Positions 63,506-64,000 of a stretch of DNA of 64,000 nt are shown piece after piece. A program made the translations under genes and the position numbers. The notes under the pieces are model-generated. The model was not told the DNA's origin and did no database searches. It saw nothing but the letters and a program-made list of their open reading frames with translations. The stretch's first letter is position 1; the number at the start of each line of letters is the position of its first letter. Location: positions 1,504,001-1,568,000 of the forward strand of contig OZ242221.1 in assembly GCA_965206845.1 (NCBI GenBank), given 5' to 3'. The stretch comes from Cenarchaeum sp. GTDB lineage: Archaea; Thermoproteota; Nitrososphaeria; Nitrososphaerales; Nitrosopumilaceae.

Positions 63506-64000
63506 TCCTAAGATAATTGAGAACATCCTGAGATTTGGCAGGCACATTGCCGATGCACCAAAGATGGTCGCCGCACCAGACGAGATATCCCTTGAGACCA
63601 CGGAGCACGATGTGGCGTACCGGGAAGACATGATCCGGCTGCTGCATTACAAGAGGCGCACGGAGAAGCAGCACAGAACCCCGTTGGTCATATCATACGC
63701 CATAATAAACAGATACCACATACTTGACATACATCCTGAGAAGAGCTGGGTACGCAACCTCCTGGATCAGGGGTTTGACGTGTACATGATAGATTGGGGA
63801 ACGCCGGGTCGGGCGGACAAGTATTTGGGCTTTGATGACTATGTGAACGGGTACCTGGATCACTGTATCAGGTTTGTGCAGCAGGCTGCCGATGTGGACC
63901 GCGTATCGCTGCAGGGATACTGCACAGGTGGCACCATTGCCACTGCGTATGCCGCGTTGCATCCGGAGAATGTGCGGAACCTCATAACCACCGCGCCGGT
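63486..64000 (+). CDS. phaC: Class III PHA synthase subunit PhaC (runs off the window end)
   Basis: TPLVISYAIINRYHILD, GFDVYMIDWG, lipase box GYCTGG. Confidence 0.95.
   Translation, partial: MSQTSVDPKIIENILRFGRHIADAPKMVAAPDEISLETTEHDVAYREDMIRLLHYKRRTEKQHRTPLVISYAIINRYHILDIHPEKSWVRNLLDQGFDVYMIDWGTPGRADKYLGFDDYVNGYLDHCIRFVQQAADVDRVSLQGYCTGGTIATAYAALHPENVRNLITTAP

Overview
This window comes from a GC-rich ammonia-oxidising-archaeon genome (Nitrososphaerota/Thaumarchaeota, Nitrosopumilaceae-like). The evidence is an archaeal 16S-23S operon with no ITS tRNA, a DnaJ-ferredoxin fusion, TFB and class III PHA synthase genes. Housekeeping blocks (about 0.1-9.5 kb, 13-25 kb, 52-64 kb) flank accessory regions. 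These hold IS5-, ISH3- and IS110-family elements, at least four MITE families, a membrane-anchored serpin, a secreted triple-Cache protein and two giant modular surface proteins (about 2140 and 2910 aa). That mix suggests a host-associated, possibly sponge-symbiont lineage (inference). The strongest find is an apparently intact IS110-family element at 38299-39716, inserted into the middle of an 80-bp MITE. Its left non-coding end folds into a two-loop bridge-RNA-like structure. One loop matches the reconstructed MITE target (TTCATT-TG-GTTAT) and the other matches the predicted donor circle junction (ATAGG-TG-GAA). Other notable items are a PPDK-type nucleotide-binding domain inside a giant BspA/DUF285 surface protein, a PhaE with a histone-like basic repeat tail, and a MITE inserted exactly at the start codon of a transposase whose terminal repeats it shares. 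All calls are from reading the sequence by eye; no database searches were run.
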